A stretch of 52,187 bases of DNA from Methyloceanibacter sp. (GTDB taxonomy: Bacteria; Pseudomonadota; Alphaproteobacteria; Rhizobiales; Methyloligellaceae): positions 1 through 52,187 of the forward strand of contig NZ_JBAWCQ010000016.1 in assembly GCF_049590335.1 (NCBI RefSeq), written 5' to 3'. A program made the position numbers and the translations under genes. The notes beneath the pieces were generated by a model. That model made no database searches. It saw only the letters and a list, made by a program, of their open reading frames with translations, and was not told the DNA's origin. Shown piece by piece: positions 1 to 11,044 of this stretch; positions within the stretch are counted from its first letter, which is position 1, and each line of letters begins with the position of its first letter.

Positions 1-723
1 GGCCGGCAATGACTTCGTGCCGGTCTCGAGGCTCGCGCGCATCAGGAGGAAGAGCACCACTGCATTCAGAAGATGCCAGATGAAGTGAGTGCCCACGTCC
101 CGGCCCTCAATCTCCACTTGACTGCAATAGGCCATGTCGAGCGACCGCAACAGAATGGACACCGCGAACACGACCGTCGCTGCGAGCAGATACGGCGTGG
201 CCTTGTGCCGGCACTCGGCGACCAACATGCTGATGACGATGAGTGCGCCGAGGGCGGGCAGATAGCCGATGCTCCCGTTCAGGCAAACCTTGGCATCGGT
301 TGCGTCGCCGGCCAAGCCTATCCCGCTGTCCCAGCAATGAATCTGCATCGATCCGGCGATGAGCCCTGCGAAAGCCACCACGAGGAGAACTGTCCATCCC
401 GGCGGTACGTTCAAGAACCGGTTCAGGGCATAGCCGAGATAGACCAGCATGAACACGCCGATGGGGATGATATCGGCAAGCTCGGTGCCGCGATCCGCAT
501 AGACATGGAAGGCGGTGCTGCCGAAGCAGATCGCAAAGACAAGCGCTACGAACAGATAGTGGTCCGGGCTGCGTTGTTCCGGCGGCCGCCACAAGACGAG
601 TTGCCAGAAGATCAGTGCGGCCAGAAAAAAGCCGGCATTGGAAATGGCGTTGATCGGTTCAGCCCACAGGGCCTCGCTCGTTCCCCGCTCGCAGTAAAGA
701 AAGACGCGCTCGCCTAACGTCAT
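1..723 (-). CDS. Ceramidase-like (CREST superfamily) membrane hydrolase, partial (runs off window start)
   Basis: Not in the ORF track because there is no stop in the window. Manual translation from ATG 723 (RBS GAGGA): MTLGERVFLYCERGTSEALWAEPINAISNAGFF...GSTAFH...LADIIP...GTHFIWHLLNA. Has the CE, NxxSN, SxxxH, D and HxxWH motifs and multiple TM segments. Confidence 0.8.
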   Translation of the reverse strand, partial: MTLGERVFLYCERGTSEALWAEPINAISNAGFFLAALIFWQLVLWRPPEQRSPDHYLFVALVFAICFGSTAFHVYADRGTELADIIPIGVFMLVYLGYALNRFLNVPPGWTVLLVVAFAGLIAGSMQIHCWDSGIGLAGDATDAKVCLNGSIGYLPALGALIVISMLVAECRHKATPYLLAATVVFAVSILLRSLDMAYCSQVEIEGRDVGTHFIWHLLNAVVLFLLMRASLETGTKSLPA

Positions 724-952
724 GGTCCTCTGTCCTTTCGCACATCACTCCAGGAAAGAGTCCCCTCCCAACGACATGCAGAACACCGCCCACGGATTTG
801 AGTCTGAATCCCAGACTGCATCCATCGTGTCGTATTTTCAGCCGTACCCTCGCAGCCATGTTAACTGGGAATGGCGCGCGCCGTCAGCGCTGTCATGAAA
901 ATGACGAAAGCGGAACCTGCTCGTAAGAGGCACAAAAGCCCTCGGCCACGCG

Positions 953-2731
953 CTAGCCTTTTGCTTTCTGCAGGGAAATCCGAATGCTGAGCTCTTTGAG
1001 CTGCTCGGGAGACACGTCCGACGGTGCGCCCATCAGCAAGTCTTCCGCCTGCTGATTCATCGGGAACATCACCACTTCGCGCAAATTTTCCTCGCCACAG
1101 AGCAGCATGACCATGCGGTCGATGCCCGGCGCGATGCCGCCATGGGGCGGCGCACCGTATTGCAGCGCGCGCAGCATGCCGCCAAACCGCGCTTCCAACT
1201 CTTCCGTCTGATATCCGGCGATGGCGAAGGCCTTCTCCATGATCTCCGGCTTGTGATTCCGGATCGCACCCGAGGACAGCTCCACGCCATTGCAGACTAA
1301 ATCGTACTGGTAGGCCAGGACCTCCTCTGGCTCCATCGTGTCGAGCGCTTCGAGCCCGCCCTGCGGCATCGAGAACGGATTGTGCGAGAAGTCGATCTTC
1401 TTCTCGTCCTCGTTCCACTCGAACATGGGGAAGTCCACGATCCAGCAGAAGTCGAAGCGGCCTGAAGCGATCAGCTTCAACTCCTCACCGATTTTCGTGC
1501 GCGCCCTGGCGGCGAATTCCACGAACTCTTTGGGCAGACCCGCCACGAAGAACACGGCATCGCCGTCGGCAAGCCCCAGCTGCGTCCGGATCGCCGCCGT
1601 CCGCTCCGGCCCGATATTCTTGGCGACGGGGCCCGCCCCCTCGCCGTCGCGGAAGAAGATATAGCCGAGGCCAGGCTGGCCCTCGCCTTGCGCCCAAGAA
1701 TTCATGCGATCGCATACCGCGCGGCTACCGCCACCCTCGCCTGGAATGGCCCAGACGCGCGCGTTCGCGTCCTTTTCGAGCATGCCGGCGAAGACCTTGA
1801 AGCCCGAGCCCCGGAAATGCTCGGACACGTCTTCCATTTCGATCGGGTTGCGCAGGTCCGGCTTGTCCGTGCCGTATTTGTGCATCGCCTCTTTGTAAGC
1901 AATGCGCGGGAATTTCGGCGTCACGGGCTGGCCGTTGCCAAAGTCCTCGAACAACCCGCGAATGATAGGCTCGATCGTGTCGAAAATGTCCTCCTGGGTG
2001 ACGAAGCTCATCTCCAGGTCGAGCTGATAGAACTCGCCCGGCGAGCGGTCCGCGCGCGCATCCTCGTCGCGGAAGCAGGGCGCGATTTGGAAATAGCGGT
2101 CGAAACCGGCCATCATGATGAGCTGCTTGAATTGCTGCGGCGCCTGCGGCAAGGCGTAGAACTTGCCCGGATGCACACGGGACGGCACCAGATAGTCGCG
2201 CGCGCCTTCGGGCGAGGACGCGGTCAGGATCGGTGTCTGAAACTCGAAAAAGCCGGCGTCGCGCATGCGCTCGCGGATCGAGGAGATGATCTCCGCCCGC
2301 TTCATGACATTAGCGTGCAACGTCTCGCGTCGGAGGTCTAGGAAGCGGAACCGCAGCCGCGTCTCTTCCGGATAGTCCGGCTCGCCGAACACGGGCAAAG
2401 GCAGTTCGGCGGACTCTGACAGAATCTCCAGATCCTTGACCCGGACCTCGACCTCGCCTGTCGGCAGGCTCGAATTGACCGTGTCGTCGGAGCGGGCGAC
2501 GACGGTTCCATCCACGCGCACCACCCATTCGGGCTTCAGGGTCTCGACTGTCGCGAAAACAGGCGAATCCGGGTCGGCGACGATCTGCGTGATTCCGTAA
2601 TGATCCCGCAAATCGATGAACAGCAACCCCCCGTGGTCACGGATGCGATGCACCCAGCCCGAAAGGCGAACGATATTGCCGACGTCGGCGCTGCGAAGCG
2701 CGCCGCAAGAATGAGTGCGAAAAGCGTGCAT
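953..2731 (-). CDS. aspS: Aspartate--tRNA ligase
   Basis: [10 protein letters not shown] start (ATG 2731), RDHGG anticodon-binding domain, [39 protein letters not shown]. Confidence 0.98.
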   Translation of the reverse strand: MHAFRTHSCGALRSADVGNIVRLSGWVHRIRDHGGLLFIDLRDHYGITQIVADPDSPVFATVETLKPEWVVRVDGTVVARSDDTVNSSLPTGEVEVRVKDLEILSESAELPLPVFGEPDYPEETRLRFRFLDLRRETLHANVMKRAEIISSIRERMRDAGFFEFQTPILTASSPEGARDYLVPSRVHPGKFYALPQAPQQFKQLIMMAGFDRYFQIAPCFRDEDARADRSPGEFYQLDLEMSFVTQEDIFDTIEPIIRGLFEDFGNGQPVTPKFPRIAYKEAMHKYGTDKPDLRNPIEMEDVSEHFRGSGFKVFAGMLEKDANARVWAIPGEGGGSRAVCDRMNSWAQGEGQPGLGYIFFRDGEGAGPVAKNIGPERTAAIRTQLGLADGDAVFFVAGLPKEFVEFAARARTKIGEELKLIASGRFDFCWIVDFPMFEWNEDEKKIDFSHNPFSMPQGGLEALDTMEPEEVLAYQYDLVCNGVELSSGAIRNHKPEIMEKAFAIAGYQTEELEARFGGMLRALQYGAPPHGGIAPGIDRMVMLLCGEENLREVVMFPMNQQAEDLLMGAPSDVSPEQLKELSIRISLQKAKG

Positions 2732-2948
2732 GGCTCTATAATCTGTGGCGGAGGAACTGAAATGTTGCTGACGCCTCCGGTTCGAAGGCGAGCGGAACAC
2801 CGCACGGGAAGGCTCCCCTTGTCAAGGCGGAGGGGCAGCTTTCGGCGCCCCTTCCAGCCCGATATGACCGCCGTTAGCCTCGTTTTTTTGGGCGCCGGCG
2901 CTTAGCCCCCTTGGCCATGCGCCTTCCATTAGGCTATATCCGCGATCC

Positions 2949-4121
2949 ATGAATCTCATCACAACCACAGAAGATCTTGAGGCGGCCTGTGCCGACCTCG
3001 CAAAAGCCCCCTTTGTTGCGGTCGATACCGAATTCATGCGCGAGCAGACCTTCTGGCCGCGCCTCTGCCTCATCCAGATCGCCGGCGGCGAAACCGAGAT
3101 CCTCATCGACAATTTGGCGCCCGAAATTGACCTGACGCCGTTTTTCGACCTGATGGTTGACGAGAATGTCCTGAAGGTTTTTCATTCCGCCCGCCAAGAC
3201 ATTGAAATCGTTCATCATATGGCGGGCGTCGTGCCGCATCCGATCTTCGACACGCAAGTGGCGGCGATGGTGTGCGGCTTTGGCGAGGCGGTCAGCTACG
3301 CCATGCTGGTCAAGCGCCTGCTGAGCCGCAGTCTCGACAAGAGCTCCCGCTTTACGGATTGGAGCCGCCGCCCGCTCTCGGAGCGGCAGCTGACCTATGC
3401 CTTGGGCGATGTCACCCACCTGCGCGACCTCTATCCCAAGCTCCAGGCCCAGCTCGATAAGTCCGAGCGGGCAAGCTGGCTCAGCGAAGAGATGGGCGTG
3501 CTGACCGATCCCGCCACCTACGAACTCCATCCGGAGCATGCCTGGCGGCGGCTGAAAATGCGGATCAAGACGCAAAAGGCACTCGCCGTGCTCATGGAAC
3601 TTGCGGCCTGGCGTGAACGCGAGGCCCAGACTCAAGACGTTCCCCGCTCACGCGTTCTCAAAGACGAGGCGCTCTACGACATCGCGGGCCAGGCGCCGCG
3701 CTCGGCCGAGGACCTAGGCGCCTTGCGATCCTTGCATAATGGCTTTGCACGATCCTCGCGCGGCCGAGCCGTTCTTGAGGCCGTGGAGCGCGGCCTCGAG
3801 CGCGATCCGACCACGGTGCCCCCGCTTCAGCGCGGCGAGCCCATGCCGCCGGAAGCGCAAGCGGTGATGGATCTGCTTCGTGTGCTTCTGAAAGCCACGG
3901 CCGGACGCCATGGCGTTGCACCCAAGCTGATCGCCACCTCCGACGAGCTGGAACAGATCGCCCGATCGAATGAGGCCGATACGTCCGCGTTGCGCGGCTG
4001 GCGGCGCAAACTGTTTGGTGAAGACGCGCTGGCGCTCAAGCGCGGCGCACTGTCCCTCACCATCCGTGAAGGCTCGGTCACGGTGCTAGCGGCGGAAGAA
4101 CCAGAAGACGCCGCCCAGTAG
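2949..4121 (+). CDS. rnd: Ribonuclease D
   Basis: DTEFMRE exonuclease I motif, FHSARQD, DTQVAA, TDWSRRPLS, HRDC domain; divergent from aspS. Confidence 0.96.
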   Translation: MNLITTTEDLEAACADLAKAPFVAVDTEFMREQTFWPRLCLIQIAGGETEILIDNLAPEIDLTPFFDLMVDENVLKVFHSARQDIEIVHHMAGVVPHPIFDTQVAAMVCGFGEAVSYAMLVKRLLSRSLDKSSRFTDWSRRPLSERQLTYALGDVTHLRDLYPKLQAQLDKSERASWLSEEMGVLTDPATYELHPEHAWRRLKMRIKTQKALAVLMELAAWREREAQTQDVPRSRVLKDEALYDIAGQAPRSAEDLGALRSLHNGFARSSRGRAVLEAVERGLERDPTTVPPLQRGEPMPPEAQAVMDLLRVLLKATAGRHGVAPKLIATSDELEQIARSNEADTSALRGWRRKLFGEDALALKRGALSLTIREGSVTVLAAEEPEDAAQ

Positions 4122-4283
4122 CAAAGCCACGATCAACCCCGTGGTGAAAGGCACATAGAAGTAGAAGCCGCCGAGATCCACGACGATGTCGCCCGGCAGT
4201 CGCCCAAGACCGTACTGCACGCTCGCCATCGTGAGTAAGATCACCAGAATGACATAGAAGACGGCCACACCGGGAGAGCGCAT
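4086..4283 (-). CDS. Small membrane protein, DUF2905-like
   Basis: 65 aa with LGRLPGDI..FYVPFTT motif; follows cbpM in the same operon. Confidence 0.7.
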   Translation of the reverse strand: MRSPGVAVFYVILVILLTMASVQYGLGRLPGDIVVDLGGFYFYVPFTTGLIVALLLGGVFWFFRR

Positions 4284-4286
4284 GGG

Positions 4287-4631
4287 CTAGCCCCTTCGCC
4301 GCTGCTCGATCCGCAGACGCACGGTCGTGCGCACCTCCGGCGGGAGCGCTTCGACGGCTTCGACGAAATTGCGCAGCTCCGAGCGCAGCCCGTGAATCTG
4401 ATCGATGAGGCTCAAGAGGACCGACACGTCATCCTTGTTGAAGCCCATCTCGTCTTCAAGATTGCAGATCAGCGCCGCACGGGCTAGGTCGGCCTCCGAA
4501 TAGCCCGGTGGCGCCACGTCTTCAGGGCTGACCGCCTCGGGCTTGATGAGTCCTTGGGATACGAATACACGCAACCGCGTCACCGTGAGGCGCGACACGC
4601 GCGCGACGATGTCCTCCTCGGTCAACATCAC
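4287..4631 (-). CDS. cbpM: Chaperone modulator CbpM (MerR-like)
   Basis: GLIKP...DLARAALICNLEDEMG..LLSLIDQIHGLR; overlaps the stop of the DnaJ-class gene. Confidence 0.85.
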   Translation of the reverse strand: MMLTEEDIVARVSRLTVTRLRVFVSQGLIKPEAVSPEDVAPPGYSEADLARAALICNLEDEMGFNKDDVSVLLSLIDQIHGLRSELRNFVEAVEALPPEVRTTVRLRIEQRRRG

Positions 4632-5572
4632 GCCTGCTCCTTCATCGTCCGCCGCGGGTCATAGGCGTGAGTCTGTTTCCACTCCTCGATGAACCGCTTG
4701 AGATCATCGTCGATCGTCTCGGGCATCGTCACGTTGAGCTTCACCAGCTGATCGCCCTTGCCCTTGACCCCCCGGCCCTTAAGCCGGAGCGTTTGCCCGG
4801 AACTGGCGCCCGGCGGCACCGTCATAGCCACCTTGCCGGCAATGGTCGGCACCTGCACCTTGCCCCCGAGCACCGCCTCGTCGAGGCTGATCGGAAGGTC
4901 GACCACAATGTCGTTGCCCTCGCGTGTGAAGACGGGGTGGGGCTTCACGCCGACCTCGACAAGCGCGTCCCCTGGGGGACCTTTGCCCAGACCCGGGTGC
5001 CCCTTGCCCTTCAGCCGCAGCACCTGGCCTCCGGTGACACCGGGTGGGATGGTCACGTCGAGCGTGCTCCCATCAGGCAATGTGATGCGCGTCTTGGTGC
5101 CGTTGACCGCGTCGAGAAACCCGATATCGAGATGGTACTGCGCGTCCTGACCCGGCATAGAGAAGCGAGCGCCGCCGCGCTGACCGCGGCCATGCATTCC
5201 TGCGCCGTGCATACCGGCTCCCCCACTAAAAATGTCGCCAAAGAGGTCGCTGAAATCGCCCATGTCCTCGTACCCAGCCGAGGAGCGATAGCGCGTCCCC
5301 TCCGGACCGCCGGCATACTCGCGGTAATAGCGCGCCTCTGGCCGCTCCTGCCCGCTCGCATCGATCTCGCCCCGGTCGTACTGCCCGCGCTTGTCCTCAT
5401 CGTTGAGGATCGAATAGGCGGAGGAGATTTCCTTGAACTTCTCCTCCGCGGCCGTATCGCCGGGATTGAGGTCCGGGTGCAGCTTCTTGGCGAGCTTGCG
5501 GTACGCCTTGGTGATTTCATCGGCGCTCGCAGTCTTCGCGACGCCTAGAACGGAATAGAGATCCTCTGCCAT
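4628..5572 (-). CDS. cbpA: DnaJ-class co-chaperone (CbpA-like, no Zn finger)
   Basis: J domain with HPD, G/F region, DnaJ_C (LRLKGKG). Confidence 0.9.
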   Translation of the reverse strand: MAEDLYSVLGVAKTASADEITKAYRKLAKKLHPDLNPGDTAAEEKFKEISSAYSILNDEDKRGQYDRGEIDASGQERPEARYYREYAGGPEGTRYRSSAGYEDMGDFSDLFGDIFSGGAGMHGAGMHGRGQRGGARFSMPGQDAQYHLDIGFLDAVNGTKTRITLPDGSTLDVTIPPGVTGGQVLRLKGKGHPGLGKGPPGDALVEVGVKPHPVFTREGNDIVVDLPISLDEAVLGGKVQVPTIAGKVAMTVPPGASSGQTLRLKGRGVKGKGDQLVKLNVTMPETIDDDLKRFIEEWKQTHAYDPRRTMKEQA

Positions 5573-5737
5573 CGGTATCTTAGGTCTGGGCCAATCTTAG
5601 GGCTTGGGTGATGTTAAAACGGGTGAGTTCAAAGAGTTTGGGGAGGCCACTTGTGGGTGTTTTTCCCTTTACTCCAAGTGATTTGGGGATTGCTTCTTCA
5701 TTCAGCAAGTTCGCAAGGGAAACCTCGCGCTGCGCCG

Positions 5738-7255
5738 TCAACTGGCCACCATTTGAACCGGTGCACTCATGCGGATCTCCGGCTCGCACTCTAGAAGGTT
5801 GGCCAGCGTTTTGAAGCGGCGGCTGACGCGTTCGCCTTCGAGATCGGCGTAGGGCTCCGGCAGCGTCCAGATCAGCCGCTCCCCATCGTAGATGAGTGGG
5901 GTGTGCGGTAGGACGCCCGGCATGGCCGCCGATACCATATGGGCAACACGGAACGCCGCTCCCAAGATTCTCGCACGCTTCAGGGCGTCCTTGTCGACCA
6001 ATTCGACCAGGCCCTGGCTCAACTCGTCGCTCACCACACCCTCGTTGCGGTAATAGGCAGTAAGCGCCAGAAACGCGCGGCCTGGGTGATCGACACCCAC
6101 GAGATCACCATTCGCGATCAGGTTGAGACTTTGGGCGCCGCGATAATCGGGATGCGCGCGCCAGCCGATATCAGACAGGAGACACGCGGCATGGCGCAGC
6201 CGGGTCTGTTCGGGCGTCTCCACCGGCCCCGGCACACGAAAGAGCCCATCGGTCCAGGCCAGCAATTCTATAGCATTCTCAATCGAGCGCGACCTTTGCA
6301 GCGCGAGCGTTTGACAGGCCTCGATCAGCGGATCCTTCGCCCGTTCCTCGGCGCTGAGTAGGCTGTATAGCAGCCCCTCGCGGATACCAAAGACCGACGT
6401 CACGATGGATCGGGGCTTCATCTGCTTGATGAGCCGTTCGAGCACCAGGGCGCCGTAGGGCAATGTCTCCCGCCGAGCGCTGGAAGTATCGCGCAAGCCC
6501 GGCATGTCGTCGTCTAAGCGGCCATACAAACCCGAGATAAACTTCAGCAAGTCCTGCGCGCCCATCCGGTAATTGTGCATCACGCGCAAAGGGTAATCCG
6601 TCTGGGCCATATGTAAGCGCGCCACGGCCCGCCAGGTCCCACCGATCGCATAGAAATCACGGCCCCGACCCTTTTCGAGCCAGCCCACCTTTGAAAACTC
6701 CAAATCGATGATCTCGCGCGCCTTCTTGAGGTTCCCGCCGGAGACGTCGATCAGACGTAAGCCCCCGAGCGGCAGTGTCAGGGCATCGGACAGACGCCCG
6801 CCCCGCACGTCAACCAGCTCCAGACTGCCGCCGCCGAGATCGCCGACGAATCCATCAGCCGCGTAAATTCCGGACACGACCCCGAGCGCGGCGAGTTCCG
6901 CCTCCATCGTACCGGACAGCACAGTGACTTTGGTTCCGAGGACCTCTTCAGCTTTGGCGATGAACTCGGGGCCGTTCTTCGCATCGCGCGCGGCCGCCGT
7001 GGCAATCACCTCGGTCCGGTGCACATGAAGTTGGGAGATCAGCGCGCGAAAACGCCTGAGCGCCCTCAAGGCGCGCGCGACGCCGGCCGGCTCGAGGCTC
7101 CCGGTGGTCGCGATCGACCTGCCCAGCCCGCACAAGACCTTCTCGTTGAAGAGCGGAGCGGGTACGTGGGTGGCGCTATCGTAGACGATGAGCCGAACCG
7201 AGTTGGAGCCGATATCGACCACCGCGACCGGCGCACGTTTCTTCCTCCCAACCAT
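5738..7255 (-). CDS. ppx: Exopolyphosphatase Ppx/GppA
   Basis: DIGSNSVRL, ATAAAR, DLGGGSLE, GIREG, C-terminal HD-like domain; directly downstream of ppk1. Confidence 0.94.
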   Translation of the reverse strand: MVGRKKRAPVAVVDIGSNSVRLIVYDSATHVPAPLFNEKVLCGLGRSIATTGSLEPAGVARALRALRRFRALISQLHVHRTEVIATAAARDAKNGPEFIAKAEEVLGTKVTVLSGTMEAELAALGVVSGIYAADGFVGDLGGGSLELVDVRGGRLSDALTLPLGGLRLIDVSGGNLKKAREIIDLEFSKVGWLEKGRGRDFYAIGGTWRAVARLHMAQTDYPLRVMHNYRMGAQDLLKFISGLYGRLDDDMPGLRDTSSARRETLPYGALVLERLIKQMKPRSIVTSVFGIREGLLYSLLSAEERAKDPLIEACQTLALQRSRSIENAIELLAWTDGLFRVPGPVETPEQTRLRHAACLLSDIGWRAHPDYRGAQSLNLIANGDLVGVDHPGRAFLALTAYYRNEGVVSDELSQGLVELVDKDALKRARILGAAFRVAHMVSAAMPGVLPHTPLIYDGERLIWTLPEPYADLEGERVSRRFKTLANLLECEPEIRMSAPVQMVAS

Positions 7256-7264
7256 GCGCAGAGA

Positions 7265-9445
7265 TTAGAGGTTCTCCTCGACCCGCGTAAAGCGCGGAGG
7301 CATGTTTTCCGGTAGAGAAGTGCCCCGTCCGGACAGACTGGGATTGGTCATGAAGTAATTTTGGGCGCTGAAGGGCTCCTCGCCCTCCTCGACATTGATC
7401 CGCACGGAGTTTCCGTCCGGCAGAACGCGCCAGCTCTGAAGGTTGTCTTTCAAATTCGCCACCATGATCTGATCGAGAATCTGCTCATGCACCGTGGGAT
7501 TCTTGATGGGCGTCATGGCCTCGACCCGGCGGTTGAGGTTGCGCGGCATCATGTCGGCGGAGCTGATATAGATCGCGGCCTTCCGGTGCGGCAGACCGTG
7601 GCCCGCGCCGAAGCAATAGATGCGGGAGTGTTCCAGGAAGCGTCCGACAATGCTCTTCACGTGGATATTCTCCGACAGCCCCGGCACGCCGGGCCGCAGA
7701 CAACATATGCCCCGGCAGACGAGGTCGATCTCCACGCCCGCCTGGCTCGCCTCGTAGAGCGCATCGATGATCTCCGGATCGACGAGGGAGTTCATCTTCA
7801 TCCAGATTGCCGCCGGCCGTCCTGCCTTGGCGTGGTACATCTCCTCGCGAACGTGATCGAGAATGCGGGCCCGGATGCCGCCAGGCGAGACCGCCATGGC
7901 CTCGAGTTCTGCCGGCTCGGCATAGCCCGTCACGTAATTGAAGATCCGTGACAGATCCTTGCCGATCGACCGGTCGGCCGTGAAATAGGACAGGTCCGTA
8001 TAGATCTTGGCCGTAACCGGGTGATAGTTGCCCGTCCCCACATGACAGTAGGTCGCCAGCTCGCCGCGTTCGCGGCGGACAATGAGGCTGAGCTTGGCAT
8101 GGGTCTTCAGCTCGATGAAGCCATAGACCACCTGGACGCCCGCGCTTTCCAGATCGCGGGCCCATTTGATGTTGGCTTCCTCGTCGAACCGAGCTTTCAG
8201 CTCGACAACCGCCGTCACCGATTTGCCTGCGTCCGCCGCGTCCTTCAACGCTTCGATGATCGGGGACGTCTTACTGGTCCGATAAAGCGTCCACTTGATC
8301 GCGACCACGTCCGGATCGGCCGTGGCCTGCTTTAGGAACTGCAGCACCACGTCGAAGGATTCGTAGGGGTGATGAACCACGATGTCCTTTTTGGCGATGG
8401 CCGCGAAGCAATCGCCATGGTGCTCGCGGATCCGTTCGGGGAATCGGCTGACATAGGGCGGGAACTTTAGGTCCGGACGATCGGCCACAATGAGCTGGTC
8501 CGTGTCGGCAAGCCCGATCAGGCCCTTCTGTACGAAGCTCTCGCGCTCGGTGACCTTCAGCTCCTGCATAACGAAGCGCTGCAACCGCGACGGCATGGTC
8601 GCTTCCATCTCGAGCCGGATGACCGAACCGCGCTTCCGGCGCTTGAGAGCTGATTCGAACACGCGGACGAGGTCTTCCGCCTCTTCCTGGACCTCGATAT
8701 CGCTGTCACGCACCACCCGGAACGCACCCTGGCTCCGCACCCTGTAGCCCGGGAAAAGCCGCGATACGAAAATGCCGACCACGGTTTCCAGGCGGACGAA
8801 GCGAATGCCCGTGCCGTCGTCCGTGTCTTGCGGCAAGCGGATGAAGCGATCGAGCTGCGACGGGATCGGCAGAAGCGCGTGCATGGTGCGGAACGATCCT
8901 TCGCGCACCAGTTCCAGTCCGAGCGTGAACCCGAAATTCGGGATGAATGGGAACGGATGGGCGGGGTCGACCGCGATGGGCGTCAGCACCGGGAAAATAA
9001 GATTGAGGAAATGATCCTCGAGCCAGTCGCGCTCCCAATCCGTGAGTTGATCGGCGCTGAGCACGTGAATGCCGGCTTCGCCGAGCTGCGCCTCAAGGGT
9101 CACCCAATTCTCTTGCTGGAGTGCCGTGAGATCGGCAACAGAGCGATTGATCCGGTCGAGCTGTTGGGCCGGCGTCAACCCGTCCTGGCTCGGCGTCTCG
9201 ATCCCGGCCACCATTTGCGCCCGAAGTCCGGCGACGCGAACCATATAAAACTCATCGAGATTGTTGGCCGAAATCGACAGAAAGCGCAGGCGTTCCAGCA
9301 ACGGTTGGCGATCATTCTCCGCCTCCTCCATCACGCGCTTATTGAAGTTGAGCCAGGATAGCTCGCGATTGAAGTAGCGGCTTGGGCCATAGGCCGCGAT
9401 TCGGGCAACCGCGCCCTCCGGCTCTATCGTTTCCGGAACGTTCAT
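7265..9445 (-). CDS. ppk1: Polyphosphate kinase 1
   Basis: [51 protein letters not shown]. Confidence 0.98.
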   Translation of the reverse strand: MNVPETIEPEGAVARIAAYGPSRYFNRELSWLNFNKRVMEEAENDRQPLLERLRFLSISANNLDEFYMVRVAGLRAQMVAGIETPSQDGLTPAQQLDRINRSVADLTALQQENWVTLEAQLGEAGIHVLSADQLTDWERDWLEDHFLNLIFPVLTPIAVDPAHPFPFIPNFGFTLGLELVREGSFRTMHALLPIPSQLDRFIRLPQDTDDGTGIRFVRLETVVGIFVSRLFPGYRVRSQGAFRVVRDSDIEVQEEAEDLVRVFESALKRRKRGSVIRLEMEATMPSRLQRFVMQELKVTERESFVQKGLIGLADTDQLIVADRPDLKFPPYVSRFPERIREHHGDCFAAIAKKDIVVHHPYESFDVVLQFLKQATADPDVVAIKWTLYRTSKTSPIIEALKDAADAGKSVTAVVELKARFDEEANIKWARDLESAGVQVVYGFIELKTHAKLSLIVRRERGELATYCHVGTGNYHPVTAKIYTDLSYFTADRSIGKDLSRIFNYVTGYAEPAELEAMAVSPGGIRARILDHVREEMYHAKAGRPAAIWMKMNSLVDPEIIDALYEASQAGVEIDLVCRGICCLRPGVPGLSENIHVKSIVGRFLEHSRIYCFGAGHGLPHRKAAIYISSADMMPRNLNRRVEAMTPIKNPTVHEQILDQIMVANLKDNLQSWRVLPDGNSVRINVEEGEEPFSAQNYFMTNPSLSGRGTSLPENMPPRFTRVEENL

Positions 9446-9547
9446 CGATATCCTCTTGAAATAAAGCGCATTGTGCGCCCGGCAGCGCCGTCATGTTAAG
9501 CGTACAACTGTATCACCAGCGTAACGGTATAGGTCAATTCCGGCTGG

Positions 9548-10225
9548 TTACTCCATCGTCGCAGGCGGCCCAAGCGCCTCCACGACGAGCTGCCGGCTGA
9601 TCTTGCGGCCCGAGCGCAGAGCGGCGCGATCGACGGCATCAACGGCTGCCGCGGCCGCCTCCAGCGACCGGTCGATCCGAACCGCCAGGAATTCCAGCAC
9701 CTTCGGTTCGATCGTCAGCTGACGGTCGGAGAAATGCTTCAGCATTACCGTGCGCAGCAGCGCCTCGTCCGGCGCGCCGATCGCGGTCACGGGCACGGCA
9801 CTCAAACGCGACAGTAGATCCGGCAGGGAGAAGGACCAGCGATTGGGGCTGACCCGGGCCGTCAACAGAACGGAAAAGCGTTTCTCGCGGGCGAGGTTCA
9901 GGAGATGGAACAGCGTCCTTTCGTCGAAGCCGGCGCGGTCGGCATCCTCCACCGCGATGGACGAGCACGGAGCCCGCGTATCGAGCGATGCAATATCCAG
10001 CGTCGCCGGATCGAGCGTTTCCGCACAGGACCGTTCCTGCCAGACCCGAACGAGATGGGTCTTTCCGCTCGCCGCCGGCCCGACGAGAACCTGCACGGCG
10101 CCCTGCCAACCCGGCCACGCATCGACCATCCGCACCGCGGCGAGATTGCAGTCGCTGACCAGAAAATCCTCTGCGCCCAGAGCCGCCCGGTGCGGCAAAT
10201 CGAACGCAAGCTGACCGGGACTCAC
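9548..10225 (-). CDS. hdaA: DnaA regulatory inactivator HdaA
   Basis: N-terminal QLAFDL beta-clamp motif, Walker A GPAASGKT, DLLSRL. Confidence 0.9.
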   Translation of the reverse strand: MSPGQLAFDLPHRAALGAEDFLVSDCNLAAVRMVDAWPGWQGAVQVLVGPAASGKTHLVRVWQERSCAETLDPATLDIASLDTRAPCSSIAVEDADRAGFDERTLFHLLNLAREKRFSVLLTARVSPNRWSFSLPDLLSRLSAVPVTAIGAPDEALLRTVMLKHFSDRQLTIEPKVLEFLAVRIDRSLEAAAAAVDAVDRAALRSGRKISRQLVVEALGPPATME

Positions 10226-10896
10226 GGTGTCCGAACCTCAGGCCGGGAAGCGCCGTTCCCCCCATTCTTCGCGCATGCCGCGGTACCGTCCGCACGCGAT
10301 GTGTGGCCGGCGGGCTGGGACGCATTCCCCTTGGAGCGCAACCTTGGCTCAGGGGGCTCGGGCTCGTAGCTCATCATGTGCCGGAGCCATCCCAGGAAAT
10401 AAGCAGAGGCGGATAAGATCGTCAGGCCACCGGTGACCCAGATCCACACACTGATCAGCCCGTCCCAGCCAAACCCCAGCCCCAGCTTGGCGAGCACGAG
10501 GCCGGCCAGGGCGATTTGCGTGAATGTATTGATCTTGCTGACGATGAGCGGCTTGACCTCGACCGGACGCCACATGATCCAGGCCAGAACCACCGCGCCT
10601 ACGATGAGAATATCGCGGCTGACCACGGCGATGACGAGCCAGACCGGCAAGTGGCCGGCGAGCCCCAGAGAGACGTAGATCGCGACGAGTAGGGCCTTGT
10701 CGGCAATCGGATCGAGATAGGCGCCGAGTTCGGTCTGCCAGCCATAGCGCTTGGCCAGATAGCCATCGGCCGCGTCCGAGATCCCTGCCAACATGAACAC
10801 GATGAAGGCCGCGAAGAAACTTTGATCGATGATGAGCCAGACCAGAAGCGGGACGGAAACGATCCGCGCGAATGTCAGCGTGTTAGGGATATTCAC
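10222..10896 (-). CDS. CDP-alcohol phosphatidyltransferase (PgsA-like)
   Basis: NIPNTLT start (GTG 10896 chosen), DAADGYLA..G.YLDPIADK signature. Confidence 0.92.
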   Translation of the reverse strand: MNIPNTLTFARIVSVPLLVWLIIDQSFFAAFIVFMLAGISDAADGYLAKRYGWQTELGAYLDPIADKALLVAIYVSLGLAGHLPVWLVIAVVSRDILIVGAVVLAWIMWRPVEVKPLIVSKINTFTQIALAGLVLAKLGLGFGWDGLISVWIWVTGGLTILSASAYFLGWLRHMMSYEPEPPEPRLRSKGNASQPAGHTSRADGTAACAKNGGNGASRPEVRTP

Positions 10897-11044
10897 CGGC
10901 GCTTCTCCAGAGCGTCTTTCTTCGGTCTCTTTACTGGCGTCTCGGCCGCATCGCTTTTTTGCATTTGGCACGGAGACTATCAGACTGCCATCGGCGCGGG
11001 GCCGAATTTCGGCGAACGGTTCGTCTCAGGGAAGCGGCATGCCA

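Noticed and set aside
73..717. 214-aa plus-strand ORF and many other long overlapping ORFs (e.g. 2934-3635, 12380-13315, 14264-15193, 32580-33542)
   Set aside because: Antisense or alternate-frame shadows of real high-GC genes; no recognisable motifs
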